Source of the DNA: Bdellovibrionales bacterium
Lineage (GTDB): Bacteria > Bdellovibrionota > Bdellovibrionia > Bdellovibrionales > UBA1609
Direction of reading: 5' to 3'
NCBI GenBank assembly: GCA_965261545.1
Contig: CBDHDF010000010.1
Span: forward strand, 864,001-928,000
Length of the DNA stretch: 64,000 nt
Shown here: one piece after another, positions 31,261-40,737 of the stretch
Numbering within the stretch: the first letter of the stretch is position 1
Layout: each line of letters begins with the position of its first letter
Notes under the pieces: generated by a model
Told to the model about the DNA's origin: nothing
Database searches by the model: none
Seen by the model: the letters and a program-made list of their open reading frames with translations, nothing else
Program-made: the position numbers and the translations under genes

Positions 31261-33195
31261 TTAAAAAATCTTTTCTAAAGTCACTTTCCTATTGGCATCA
31301 AGGTAGGCATTTTTCATAGTCGTCGTGGATATGGAAACAAGAGAAGAAGAAAGTGGCGCCGTGTTGGTGATAGCTTTAACATGGTTGGAACGAAGACCAC
31401 CGAGATACCAACGGCTGTCCTCCATGTAAATCATGTCTCCGTTTCTTGCACTGAGTTCGTCCATGATTTCTTGAGATAAGGCAATTTGGTCTCCCTCAAG
31501 ACTTTCATCTATTTGGAAGGCAAGCTTACGAACCTTCTTCCCAATGCTATGATTGGGTTTGCCTCCTTTGTAAATTTCCATGGCGTGATCAAGGGTATCC
31601 ACTGTAAGCCCTTTTATTTTTTCTTTATCGTCGGGACGCGTGAGAAATGTCACAATAACTCCAATAATGGCCGTGACTATCATCCCAAATAAAGCTCGTA
31701 TATAAATCATTTTACTGTTCACAGGGCCAAGAATAAATTCCGAAAGATCTTGGACGTACTCCAATAAGAAAATAGGACCCACCTGCCAAGCTGTTAAAAT
31801 TGTAATTATGCTGCCTGAAACCATAGCCACACAGGCCGCTTTCCCATTAAATCGCCTCCAAAACACACCCATAAGCAAAGTCGTCACAATAGAGGGTATG
31901 ATAATCATAATCCCTTTGTAGTGCAGAGACATAAGACTGTTCGTTCCAGCTTGGTTGTTAAACCAAATGACGAGCAAAAGGCCAATAAGAGTTGTAATCC
32001 CTGAAGCATATCGAGCCGCTTTGAGATAATGGGCACTGGAAGCATGGGGTCTTATAAGAGGTTTGTACAAATCGTAAATTCCAATGGCAGCACATGCATT
32101 AATAAGTGTGTCAATGGTGGACATGAGAGCTGCCATAAGGGCGGCAATAATAAAGCCAAAAACCCAAGGGTTCTGCTGAACAGTGGCCCAACAAACAACA
32201 ATAAATGTGTGAAATGTATTTTCAATTTCAATGAAGTTCAATCCCGCTAAGGCTCCCCCTGTTGCGGCTTGCTTTGTGATAATGGCCTTTCCAATCCATC
32301 CAACCCCCCCGACGATAATGGCTGAAATGGGAAGGGAAACAAGTACATTAAAAATGGCAGCTTTTCTTCCCTCATTAACACTCTTAATTGTAAGATAACG
32401 CATAAGAAAGCCCTGGTTTAAAAAAGCAAAAGCGATACTGCCCGCCACAGCTTCCCCCCAAAACAGGCCCACAGAGTTAAACTTGGGATCTTCATTGAGG
32501 TGGACAAAGGGCAGACGGTGGGTGGGTGGGAGCCAACCCCAAAACTCACCCAGGCCACCAAGGGCATAAAGACCTGAGAAAATGGCCAACCCACCAGCGA
32601 TATAAAGCAAAAGTCCCTGGAATAAATCTGTAAAGATAACCGCTGTTTGCCCACCAAAAGTGACATAAGTTCCTAGAAAAATGGCAACAGCGGGAATGGA
32701 GTAAATTTGTGGCACGCCAAAAATTCCCTCCATGGCGACACCAATGGTGTAAAGGTTGTAACCAATGTAAAAAAACATATAGGCGGCGATGATGATAAGA
32801 GCTAAATAACGAGCTGTTTGATTAAATCGCTTTTCAAAATATTCTGGAATGGACTTCACCCTAGAAAAGTAAACAATGGGCAGCCAGCCAAAGATAAAAA
32901 ATGGGGCACAAAACCAATCATTGAGATAAGTCATTGTAGAACTCATCCCCGTGTTAAAGCCTTGCTCGGAGTATTTTAAATAGCTGTAAGAGCCAATACC
33001 TGTGGCGATCATGCTGGCCGCAGGAAGCCACCAGGCAAACCTCTGACCACTGTAAAAGAAGTCGTTAATATTTTTATTAAAACGAGCAAAATAGCCACCA
33101 AAGGTTGTGATGACAATAACATAAAAGACACAGACAATGGCAATGGCTGTGATAGAAGATGCACTTAAGTTGATGCCCAGATTTTCCAAGCGCAA
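31261..33195 (-). CDS. Sodium:solute symporter (SSS) with a soluble C-terminal domain
   Basis: Motifs SIPEYFEKRFN, Y.TFGGQTAVIFTDLFQ and AALMSTIDTLINA; about 13-14 TM segments. Confidence 0.92.
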   Translation of the reverse strand: MRLENLGINLSASSITAIAIVCVFYVIVITTFGGYFARFNKNINDFFYSGQRFAWWLPAASMIATGIGSYSYLKYSEQGFNTGMSSTMTYLNDWFCAPFFIFGWLPIVYFSRVKSIPEYFEKRFNQTARYLALIIIAAYMFFYIGYNLYTIGVAMEGIFGVPQIYSIPAVAIFLGTYVTFGGQTAVIFTDLFQGLLLYIAGGLAIFSGLYALGGLGEFWGWLPPTHRLPFVHLNEDPKFNSVGLFWGEAVAGSIAFAFLNQGFLMRYLTIKSVNEGRKAAIFNVLVSLPISAIIVGGVGWIGKAIITKQAATGGALAGLNFIEIENTFHTFIVVCWATVQQNPWVFGFIIAALMAALMSTIDTLINACAAIGIYDLYKPLIRPHASSAHYLKAARYASGITTLIGLLLVIWFNNQAGTNSLMSLHYKGIMIIIPSIVTTLLMGVFWRRFNGKAACVAMVSGSIITILTAWQVGPIFLLEYVQDLSEFILGPVNSKMIYIRALFGMIVTAIIGVIVTFLTRPDDKEKIKGLTVDTLDHAMEIYKGGKPNHSIGKKVRKLAFQIDESLEGDQIALSQEIMDELSARNGDMIYMEDSRWYLGGLRSNHVKAITNTAPLSSSLVSISTTTMKNAYLDANRKVTLEKIF

Positions 33196-33210
33196 ATCTC
33201 CGTAAAGAAG

Positions 33211-33528
33211 CTAATCTCCATAAAAAGAATAACTAATAGCAAAATGAATCCATGTTCCATGAAATAAAGCTAAAAAAACATAACCACAAATCATAAGTTT
33301 CAACCAAAACTTGTCTCGTCCTCGTCCCCACTGGCAAGCCTTGCTTTTCAAAGCCATATATATGCCAATAGCAAAGAAAATAAAACCAAATCCGTAAAGA
33401 TATAGGTAGCTGGTCCATGGATTTTCTGCCCCCCACTGAGCGACCAAGAAGCGTGGGAAAAAATACATCATTCCAATGATACCAATGATAACAATCAGAG
33501 TGACGCAAACTTTGATAACAGACGACAT
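33211..33528 (-). CDS. Small 3-TM membrane protein, probable SSS partner
   Basis: 105 aa with three hydrophobic segments, 15 nt upstream of the SSS gene on the same strand. Confidence 0.7.
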   Translation of the reverse strand: MSSVIKVCVTLIVIIGIIGMMYFFPRFLVAQWGAENPWTSYLYLYGFGFIFFAIGIYMALKSKACQWGRGRDKFWLKLMICGYVFLALFHGTWIHFAISYSFYGD

Positions 33529-33874
33529 AATTCACGGCCTTGCTAAGCTATAGTTCACAGCTTTCCAGTTCATAACTTTGCTACGCTAGCTTGAAAGCTT
33601 AATGGGCGCACCATAGCACCATAGGGGGGCGATTTAATTACAACTTTGTATCGTGCCTATACTCCTAATACAATAACGCACAGGGACGAATCTCGGCCGA
33701 GAGCTCCCCCCTCTCCTCTCTTTCAAATCAATTCTGCAAAAAAACTTGAGCAAAAGCTCCCTAAATATGCCTAAATATGATAGATAAACTCCTGTTGTGG
33801 ATCACTGGTGAATGACTTGTGATTTGCGATTGATTCACGATTGTAGATTGTTTGTGGAAATGATTTGTAGAAGT

Positions 33875-34248
33875 GAGCAGATAAACAGATCGTCACAAGG
33901 GGCTTGGCCAGGGGTCAAGTTTTTTGAGGAAAGTCTGGACTCCGTATGGCAACACAAGGGGTAACCCCCCTCCACCGTGAGGTGAGGACCAGTGGAACAG
34001 AGAAAATGTCCAAGGCATTGAGCCGGCAAAGCGGGAACGGGAGCTTGCTGAGGAGCTGTTGGAGTGAAAATAGCTAAACTCTGTGTGGAGCAAGATCAAA
34101 TAGGGAAGCGTTTGAGCGCGGCCAGTGCAAAGCTTCCGGGTAGATTGCTTAAGGGAACTAGCAATAGTTCTCTCAGATGAATGGCGATCCCCTTAAGTCT
34201 CTTCGAGAGGCCTTAAGGGACAGAATCCAGCTTATCGTCTATCTGCGC
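33875..34248 (+). ncRNA. rnpB: RNase P RNA (bacterial type A)
   Basis: Conserved GAGGAAAGTCTGGAC and ACAGAATCCAGCTTA (P4), terminal P1 pairing GCAGATAAAC/GTCTATCTGC, and GGAGCAAG, GGGTAGATTGCT and AGATGAATG motifs. Confidence 0.95.
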
Positions 34249-34263
34249 TATATCTCGATTTAT

Positions 34264-34297
34264 GGGGTGGTCTCTTGGCCACCCCATTCTTTACTTC
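34264..34297 (+). terminator. Intrinsic terminator after rnpB
   Basis: Stem GGGGTGGTC-TCTT-GGCCACCCC followed by ATTCTTTACTTC. Confidence 0.7.
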
Positions 34298-34309
34298 TTC
34301 TTGGCCTAT

Positions 34310-34392
34310 TTCTTTCTTCTCAATCTTTCTTTTTCTTCATCTTTTTCTTCATCTTTTTCTTCTTAATTTTCTTCTTAATTTTCTTTCTTTTT
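34310..34392. repeat. Pyrimidine-rich 12-bp tandem repeat
   Basis: TTTTTCTTCATC and TTCTTCTTAATT-type units repeated several times. Confidence 0.7.
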
Positions 34393-34540
34393 ATTTGCCT
34401 CACTTATCTATTTACATAGTTTAAACAATAATGTATAAGATTTTTTTATGAACTTATCACCTTCATAGTGGAAGATGCTGTCAGTCTGACAATAAGGACT
34501 AAGCGGGAGCCAAAATGAAAAAAGAAGAGAAGGAGAAAGT

Positions 34541-35449
34541 ATGAACTTACAACAATTGACCACATTCTGCACCGTTCTTAATGAAGGAAGTATGACAGCC
34601 GCTGCGGACAAACTATTTCTCACCCAACCTGCGGTGAGCCAACAAATCCGAGCTTTGGAAGATGAGCTTCAAGTTCCTTTATTAATGCGTGGCGTAAGGC
34701 GCATTAAACCAACCATACAAGGTCAACTTCTTTACGATTATGCAAAAAGAATTCTTCACCTCACACAACAAGCCGAAACAGCTATTCATACAATGTCTCA
34801 AAATATTTCTGGATCTTTAAATGTAGGAACCATCAATTCCATTGGAATGTACCTTATTAGCCCCATTATTGGTTTGTTTCTAAAACACAATTCCAACTTA
34901 AATATCAAGCTCTCCTACAGTTCCTACTCCTCCATCGTTGACAAGATGAAACAGGGTGAATTGGACGTAGCTATTCTCCCAGATACCCAATCTGAATTTG
35001 GCCTTAGCCTTGATGATTTTGAGAGTCAGTTTCTCATGAAAGATGAAATGTGGCTCGTAGGTGCAGGCAAAGACACCTCCATGCCCACCACGACAACTGC
35101 TGTGGACTTTACCTCCAAATCCATTGTGGTTTACTCTGAAATGTACCCCAGCTTTAAGAAGCTCCTAGAATCTGTCATGGTTAAGCATAAAAAAGATTTT
35201 CGTCCTGTTTTTGAAACAGATAATGTAGGGACATTAAAGCGAGTCGTGGAGTCTGGCCTTGGGTGGGGCTTTCTACCATCCCATAGCATTAAAAAGCAGG
35301 TGAGAACACGACGACTCAATCACATTCAATGTGATGAGCTTAAGTTTGCTGTGGATATCAACCTTTACACAAGGCGAGTGGAAAACTGCAAACAGATTTC
35401 CACCGTTTTATTTAGAGCCATTCACCAACAAACCCTCGTCAATACTTAA
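34541..35449 (+). CDS. LysR-family transcriptional regulator
   Basis: HTH GSMTAAADKLFLTQPAVSQQIRALEDEL; C-terminal VESGLGWGFLP; SD AAGGAG. Confidence 0.95.
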   Translation: MNLQQLTTFCTVLNEGSMTAAADKLFLTQPAVSQQIRALEDELQVPLLMRGVRRIKPTIQGQLLYDYAKRILHLTQQAETAIHTMSQNISGSLNVGTINSIGMYLISPIIGLFLKHNSNLNIKLSYSSYSSIVDKMKQGELDVAILPDTQSEFGLSLDDFESQFLMKDEMWLVGAGKDTSMPTTTTAVDFTSKSIVVYSEMYPSFKKLLESVMVKHKKDFRPVFETDNVGTLKRVVESGLGWGFLPSHSIKKQVRTRRLNHIQCDELKFAVDINLYTRRVENCKQISTVLFRAIHQQTLVNT

Positions 35450-35540
35450 AACCGGATGAGGCATATTTAAAACCCTAGGCAATACATTTAGATAAGACCT
35501 AGAATTGACTTTTGAATCCCTTCCGTGTTGTATGTAAATT

Positions 35541-36008
35541 ATGGGTCTAAAGGTACTTTACAAGTCTGGGGCACTGGGCGCCGGTGCTGATATCTGGGTA
35601 TTACCTAGCTTTAGCAAAACCACTTGGGCAAGAAATATTGACTGGTACCTTAATTTTCAACTTTCCAAGGCCCAAATATGTCAACCCAAGCCCATAGATG
35701 CTGAGCTTAAAAACCTCATAAAGGATGGCCCCTTAGAAGATATGCCTTCATGGCCCCCACATCCTTTGGCTCATCCTGAAGCTCCACTCTTGGTGGCAAG
35801 CTCCCAGCTTCTTCCCAACCGTGCCGTCATACAACTTCCCCTTGAAAATGGCAAAAAGTGGACGACAAGAGTCTACAAAATTTGGAAGCAACTAGATAAA
35901 CCCAGCCTTCGATTGTTTCTCCCTCGAACACTGAGTGAGAGGGATTTTGAGTTTTATTGGCCCGAGCCTGTTCAAATTGAAAGCATCGCCGTGGTACCAG
36001 GTATCTAA
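35541..36008 (+). CDS. Hypothetical protein
   Basis: 155-aa ORF abutting the next gene (stop 36008, start 36009). Confidence 0.7.
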   Translation: MGLKVLYKSGALGAGADIWVLPSFSKTTWARNIDWYLNFQLSKAQICQPKPIDAELKNLIKDGPLEDMPSWPPHPLAHPEAPLLVASSQLLPNRAVIQLPLENGKKWTTRVYKIWKQLDKPSLRLFLPRTLSERDFEFYWPEPVQIESIAVVPGI

Positions 36009-36845
36009 ATGCCTCAAGCGAGGGTTTATCTTATTTCAGATGGAACAGGAGAAACAGCCAGTGTTATGATCCGCGCAGCTTTGGTGCAATACGCCGATAG
36101 AGATATCAACGTCATTCGCCATAATAATGTTCGCACGGAAAAGCAAGTTCTCATTCTTCTCCAACAGGTGGAAGAAGCCAGGGGCTGTATCGTCCACACC
36201 ATTGTGGATGACCAACTACGCTCGCAAATCACAGAACTTGCCATAGCGAGAAATATTCCCAATGTGGATCTTTTGGGTCCTCTACTTGAAGAACTCAACC
36301 AATATCTAGGTGTTTCCTCAAAAAACAACCAAGTGGGCCTGCTCAGGGCCATCAACAAACACTACTTTCAAAGAATTGAAGCCATGGAGTACACAGTCAA
36401 ACACGATGATGGTAAGGCCATAGACAAGCTTTACGAAGCAGATATTATTTTAGTGGGAATCAGCCGCACTAGTAAAACACCCCTCTCTATTTTTCTTAGT
36501 CACAAGGGATGGAAGGTCGCCAATATTCCATTGGTTTTTGAAAATCCTCTTCCTGAACAACTGTTTCAAGTGGATCAAAAAAAAATTGTCGGACTTATTA
36601 TCAATGAAGAAAGTCTTTTTCGCATTCGCCGCCAACGATTGATTAAGTTTCGCCAAGACCCCGGAAGTAAATATGCCAGTCGAGACTACATTGCTCGTGA
36701 GATTGAAAGCGCTAAGTTTTTATTTAAGAAAAATCGAAAGTGGCCCGTCTTTGATGTCACTGACCGAGCCTTAGAAGAAACAGCCAGCGATATCCTACGC
36801 ATTATCACCAAGAGAATGAATATCTCCTACGACCCTTTGTTTTAG
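36009..36845 (+). CDS. ppsR: PEP synthase/PPDK regulatory kinase-pyrophosphorylase (DUF299)
   Basis: Motifs ISDGTGETA, RIEAMEY...HDDG, GISRTSKTPLS and DVT.RALEETA. Confidence 0.92.
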   Translation: MPQARVYLISDGTGETASVMIRAALVQYADRDINVIRHNNVRTEKQVLILLQQVEEARGCIVHTIVDDQLRSQITELAIARNIPNVDLLGPLLEELNQYLGVSSKNNQVGLLRAINKHYFQRIEAMEYTVKHDDGKAIDKLYEADIILVGISRTSKTPLSIFLSHKGWKVANIPLVFENPLPEQLFQVDQKKIVGLIINEESLFRIRRQRLIKFRQDPGSKYASRDYIAREIESAKFLFKKNRKWPVFDVTDRALEETASDILRIITKRMNISYDPLF

Positions 36846-37130
36846 AGTCCATAGGATTAAATTTATTTTTATAAAAAACATAAAAATAAATTATATATCA
36901 AGACTCCCTAGGCACAGGTATGACACGCAGAATTATTACTCCTCACCCTTTTTCTCCTACCATAGAATTTGCTTTAAAATATCGTAAAAAGGGCCTTAGT
37001 TGAGATTTTTGGAGCATCTCTGCCGTGGTCTAAAAGATAAATTGGGGCAAGTTCATATGCTAGTTTATAGCTAGGTCCTGAAATAAACCTAAATCTCCCA
37101 CCCAAGAAATTCTTATGTTAGGATATAAAA

Positions 37131-38102
37131 ATGTCTTCAGAGTTAGAATATAAGAACAAAGACAAAAGAATCCTCATTGTTGATGATGACCCCGAGAGCC
37201 TTAGCCTTATGTATAAGGTTCTTGAATGGGAGGGCTATTCTGCGGATGTCGCCCGATCAGGTCAGTTGGCCCTTGAAAAAATGTGTGTATGGCGTCCTCA
37301 CCTGGTTTTACTGGATATCAATATGCCAAAACTCAATGGCTTGAAGACTCTGAAACACCTAAGAACCAATACTGAACATGTGTCCATTATTTTTGTTTCA
37401 GGGGAATCAGAAACTGAAAATGTAATTTGTGGACTTGATTCTGGAGCTGACGATTATATTTGTAAGCCCTTCAATCCCTCAGAACTTCTTGCAAGAGTGA
37501 GAGTGCAACTGCGAATGAAGGCTCTTTATGATGAGTTACAACAAGCCAATTTTAAATTAAAAGGCTTGGTCGATATGGATGACCTCACGGGCTTATTTAA
37601 TATGCGTTCTCTTTATGAGAAACTCGATGGAGAACTAGAGAGAGTTCATCGTTATGGCTCTTCAGTCAGTGTTTTAATGATGGACTTGGACCACTTTAAG
37701 GGAGTCAACGATAACAATGACCACTTGTTTGGAAGTTATGTTTTAGCCCAAGTGGGAAAAATTCTCCGAGAGAATATGAGGAAGATTGATTTTGCCGCTC
37801 GCTATGGTGGAGACGAATTTTTAGTGGTCATTGCCCAATCAGAGCTTAGGGGAAGCTTATGCTTTGCAGAAAGAATCCGCTCCATTATAGAAAGTACTCT
37901 TTTTGAAAGTGATGGCTATAAAATTAAGCTAACTTCTAGCTTAGGTTTATCTGTTGCCACAGGTAAAAAGAAAAAGTACATCGATGCGAGAACTCTTGTG
38001 AAATATGCAGATAAGGCCCTATACCAGGCAAAACACTCAGGAAGAAATTGTGTCCGATATCATCAATTTGAGGCCGAAAAAACTCGCCAAGGTTTTGCCT
38101 AG
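37131..38102 (+). CDS. Response-regulator diguanylate cyclase (REC-GGDEF)
   Basis: REC motifs LIVDDD, LLDINMP and KPF. GGDEF domain with DLDHFKGVND, I-site RKID and an intact GGDEF. Confidence 0.95.
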   Translation: MSSELEYKNKDKRILIVDDDPESLSLMYKVLEWEGYSADVARSGQLALEKMCVWRPHLVLLDINMPKLNGLKTLKHLRTNTEHVSIIFVSGESETENVICGLDSGADDYICKPFNPSELLARVRVQLRMKALYDELQQANFKLKGLVDMDDLTGLFNMRSLYEKLDGELERVHRYGSSVSVLMMDLDHFKGVNDNNDHLFGSYVLAQVGKILRENMRKIDFAARYGGDEFLVVIAQSELRGSLCFAERIRSIIESTLFESDGYKIKLTSSLGLSVATGKKKKYIDARTLVKYADKALYQAKHSGRNCVRYHQFEAEKTRQGFA

Positions 38103-38109
38103 AAAAACC

Positions 38110-39213
38110 ATGGTGTCGAGAAATTCATTTTTAAATATTTATGATTTGAAATTCTTTCGTGTGGAAACACTGAGCCTAGAAAGCCAGGCTCTCAAAGAAA
38201 ACCCCCTCAAAGACCCTTCACTAAGACATAATCCCATTTTGGTTCCCCAAAAGGGAAAGGGGCCTTGGCCTGTAATCCTTGTTCTTTCAGGCTTTACAGG
38301 CAATGGTCCAAAGTCCTTTGGTATAAAAAGTTTTGAAAACAACTTTCCCCAACAAGTGGACCAATGGTTTCACAAAAACCAAAAAGAGGGGCCTTTGGTG
38401 GTCTTTGTAGACGCCATGACTTTTTGGGGAGGATCGCAATTTATCAACAGTCCTGGAGCCGGCTCATACGAAGATTATATTATGAAAGAACTCATACCCA
38501 CTATTAAAAGAATATACTCCGTGAAGATGGAGCCACAATACTGGTGCGCCATGGGGGGCTCCAGTGGAGGCTATGGCGCTCTTCACTTGGCAAGCCGCTT
38601 TCCCCATCTTTTTGGTTGGGCAGCCGCCCTCGCACCAGATAGTGCTTTTGAATTAAATCTGCTTCCAGAAATTATTTCTTGTTTACCAAGGATTGAAAAA
38701 CTAGGAGGGGCCAAGGGTATTAAGAAAATGTTGACCGAGGGAAATCTACAAAAGCAGCCTGATTTTCATAACATTATGAATGTTATGGGAATGGCCAGTT
38801 GTTATGCTATGTCCGGTGGTCATGCTTTGAGAAGTTATAATTTGGGAAAAGGTCACTCTAGAGATAAAACCTTAGGAGTTTCTAGGCAAGAAGCAGATTT
38901 ATGGGGAATGGATTTTCCCATAGATTCCCACACGGGTGAACTTGTAAAGCCTTTATGGAGAGAGTGGCAAAAGCACGACCCCGTGTTTTTTTTAAAAAAA
39001 CGACGTCAAAAAATAAAAACCCTTTGTGGTGTCCTTTTGGACGTAGGCAGATACGACCAATTTAATTTACAATATGGGGCAAGGCGCATTTATAAAATTT
39101 TTAAAGAAAACAAGGTTTCTGTGAAATACAGTGAATTTGAAGGGAATCACTTTGATATTAGCTCTCGCCGCTTTGTCGTCTGGGAGTGGCTTTCTCAAAA
39201 ATGGTTTGCATAA
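38110..39213 (+). CDS. Putative esterase (Fes/enterochelin-esterase-like alpha/beta hydrolase)
   Basis: GGSQFINS..G.YEDYI..EL, GGSSGGYGA, D.G..DQF and FEGNH. Likely start ATG 38110, after the cyclase stop. Confidence 0.85.
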   Translation: MVSRNSFLNIYDLKFFRVETLSLESQALKENPLKDPSLRHNPILVPQKGKGPWPVILVLSGFTGNGPKSFGIKSFENNFPQQVDQWFHKNQKEGPLVVFVDAMTFWGGSQFINSPGAGSYEDYIMKELIPTIKRIYSVKMEPQYWCAMGGSSGGYGALHLASRFPHLFGWAAALAPDSAFELNLLPEIISCLPRIEKLGGAKGIKKMLTEGNLQKQPDFHNIMNVMGMASCYAMSGGHALRSYNLGKGHSRDKTLGVSRQEADLWGMDFPIDSHTGELVKPLWREWQKHDPVFFLKKRRQKIKTLCGVLLDVGRYDQFNLQYGARRIYKIFKENKVSVKYSEFEGNHFDISSRRFVVWEWLSQKWFA

Positions 39214-39268
39214 AGTTTGCATAAATATGGATGACAACAACGAAACACTCTGTTAGAAAACTTACTTA

Positions 39269-39583
39269 ATGGTCCATGGTTCTGATTCCCATAGAGTGGA
39301 TTTTTATCAGTCAGCTGGTGCTGAGCACAAGGCTCGGCAAAAAGCTATAGCGAGACGATGGCGCCAGTCCCCTTGGTGGAAGGAAAAACTGGCCCGTGGA
39401 GTTTGCTACTACTGTGAGGGGCAATTTCCCAAAAGTGAACTGACCATGGATCACAAAATCCCTGTGGCCCGTGGGGGGCGCAGCACTAAGGGGAATCTTG
39501 TTGTGAGTTGTAAAGGCTGTAATACTAAAAAAATGCACCTCACACCCGTAGAAATGATTCTTAATAATCCTAACCCATCTTGA
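39269..39583 (+). CDS. Small HNH endonuclease
   Basis: CYYC...LTMDHKIPVARGG....NLVVSCKGCN.KK. Confidence 0.9.
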   Translation: MVHGSDSHRVDFYQSAGAEHKARQKAIARRWRQSPWWKEKLARGVCYYCEGQFPKSELTMDHKIPVARGGRSTKGNLVVSCKGCNTKKMHLTPVEMILNNPNPS

Positions 39584-39647
39584 ATTCCATAAATGGTAAC
39601 AACGTCGTCACAGGGGCTTTCTCACTAAGCCATTTCTTTTTTTTTCG

Positions 39648-40301
39648 TTAGGCCATTTCCACAAGCTCCTTCATGGCCTTTCTTATTCCCGCAAAGACTT
39701 CATGGGGTTTGGCCTCACCATACATATAGGCCGGAGTGGTAATGATTTTGTTATCCCGATCGCTGATGTAGTTGTCCACAGAACATTCTTCATGGCGACT
39801 TCCTGTTTTTTCGATCTCTAGTTTTGTTTCTTTGTCATTACCAATCGTAACTATGATATTTTTAGAGTTAAGAACCCTTGCAATAAGTGCGGGAGAGATG
39901 CAAAGAGCCCCAATGGGTTTATCACTTTCTGAAAACTCACAAATGACTCTTTTGACCTCGGGGTGAACGGAGCAATGAGCCCCCCTAAGGGCCCAGTCGC
40001 AGAGGTGCAGGGCGGCTCCATAACCACCTGGAAAGACGATGCCATCAAAGTCACGGGCATTGAGAGAAGATACATCTTGAACATCACCCCTTGCAATTCT
40101 AGCAGACTCAGAAAGAGTATTGCGAGAACCTTCTTGGTCTTCGCCAGAGATATGATCCTTGGCTTGAAACTCAACACGGGGGGCAAAGATTCGGTAGTGA
40201 ACTCCAAACTCAGAAAGACAAATAAGGGTGCTGACGGATTCGGTGATTTCGGCCCCATCCTGGAATCCGCACCCAGATAGAACAACGGCTATTTTTTTCA
40301 T
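39648..40301 (-). CDS. elbB: ElbB (ES1/DJ-1 family glyoxalase)
   Basis: Motifs VLSGCGFQDGAEITE, ESARIARG, PGGYGAA, LCISP and TTPAYM. Confidence 0.93.
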   Translation of the reverse strand: MKKIAVVLSGCGFQDGAEITESVSTLICLSEFGVHYRIFAPRVEFQAKDHISGEDQEGSRNTLSESARIARGDVQDVSSLNARDFDGIVFPGGYGAALHLCDWALRGAHCSVHPEVKRVICEFSESDKPIGALCISPALIARVLNSKNIIVTIGNDKETKLEIEKTGSRHEECSVDNYISDRDNKIITTPAYMYGEAKPHEVFAGIRKAMKELVEMA

Positions 40302-40637
40302 GGCCTGATTTCCTCCTCTTAGGGTTTCACATGGAAGTTGAGTTCTATTGCCTGCTTATATTGTATTGAAGTTCATAACTGGAATCAATATTGGAATCAA
40401 TACCAACAAGCTGTGACACAGGGGCACAGGCAAGCGACAAAGCGGGGGTGTAAGCATAACAACAAGCGCGACAGGTCATAACTCAATGCTTCAATTTGAA
40501 GAAGACTTTATAGAGTTTTATAGTGTTTGTTGTTTGCCCTTTGGTTTTTCTTTGCTAGTATTTCTTGAGTGTCCGTTGTTCTTTCTTACAGCTTGGGGGG
40601 GCCTAAAAACTGAATCTGAAAGGAGCCAAATTGAATT

Positions 40638-40668
40638 CCTATTGGTTTTGTTCAATGGAACCAATAGG
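40638..40668. promoter_or_regulatory. Inverted repeat upstream of a TonB-dependent receptor (operator or hairpin)
   Basis: CCTATTGGTT-N11-AACCAATAGG, 70 nt upstream of ATG 40738. Confidence 0.4.
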
Positions 40669-40737
40669 GCTTAACGATATAAACAATAAAACAAAGAATA
40701 TATAAGTTTAAGTCAAAAAAGATCGGGGAGGGTCATA

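Noticed and set aside
33835..34419. Short ORFs at 33835-34029, 33893-34099 and 34177-34419
   Set aside because: They overlap RNase P RNA, its terminator and a low-complexity repeat.
38005..38109. N-terminal extension of the esterase
   Set aside because: It overlaps the cyclase gene by ~100 nt; ATG 38110 is the more plausible start.
39269..39583. HNH as part of a defence system
   Set aside because: It is a stand-alone small HNH of a widespread type, with no methylase, ATPase or other defence partner adjacent.
40302..40737. Riboswitch upstream of the second TonB receptor
   Set aside because: No TPP or cobalamin consensus seen; only one inverted repeat.
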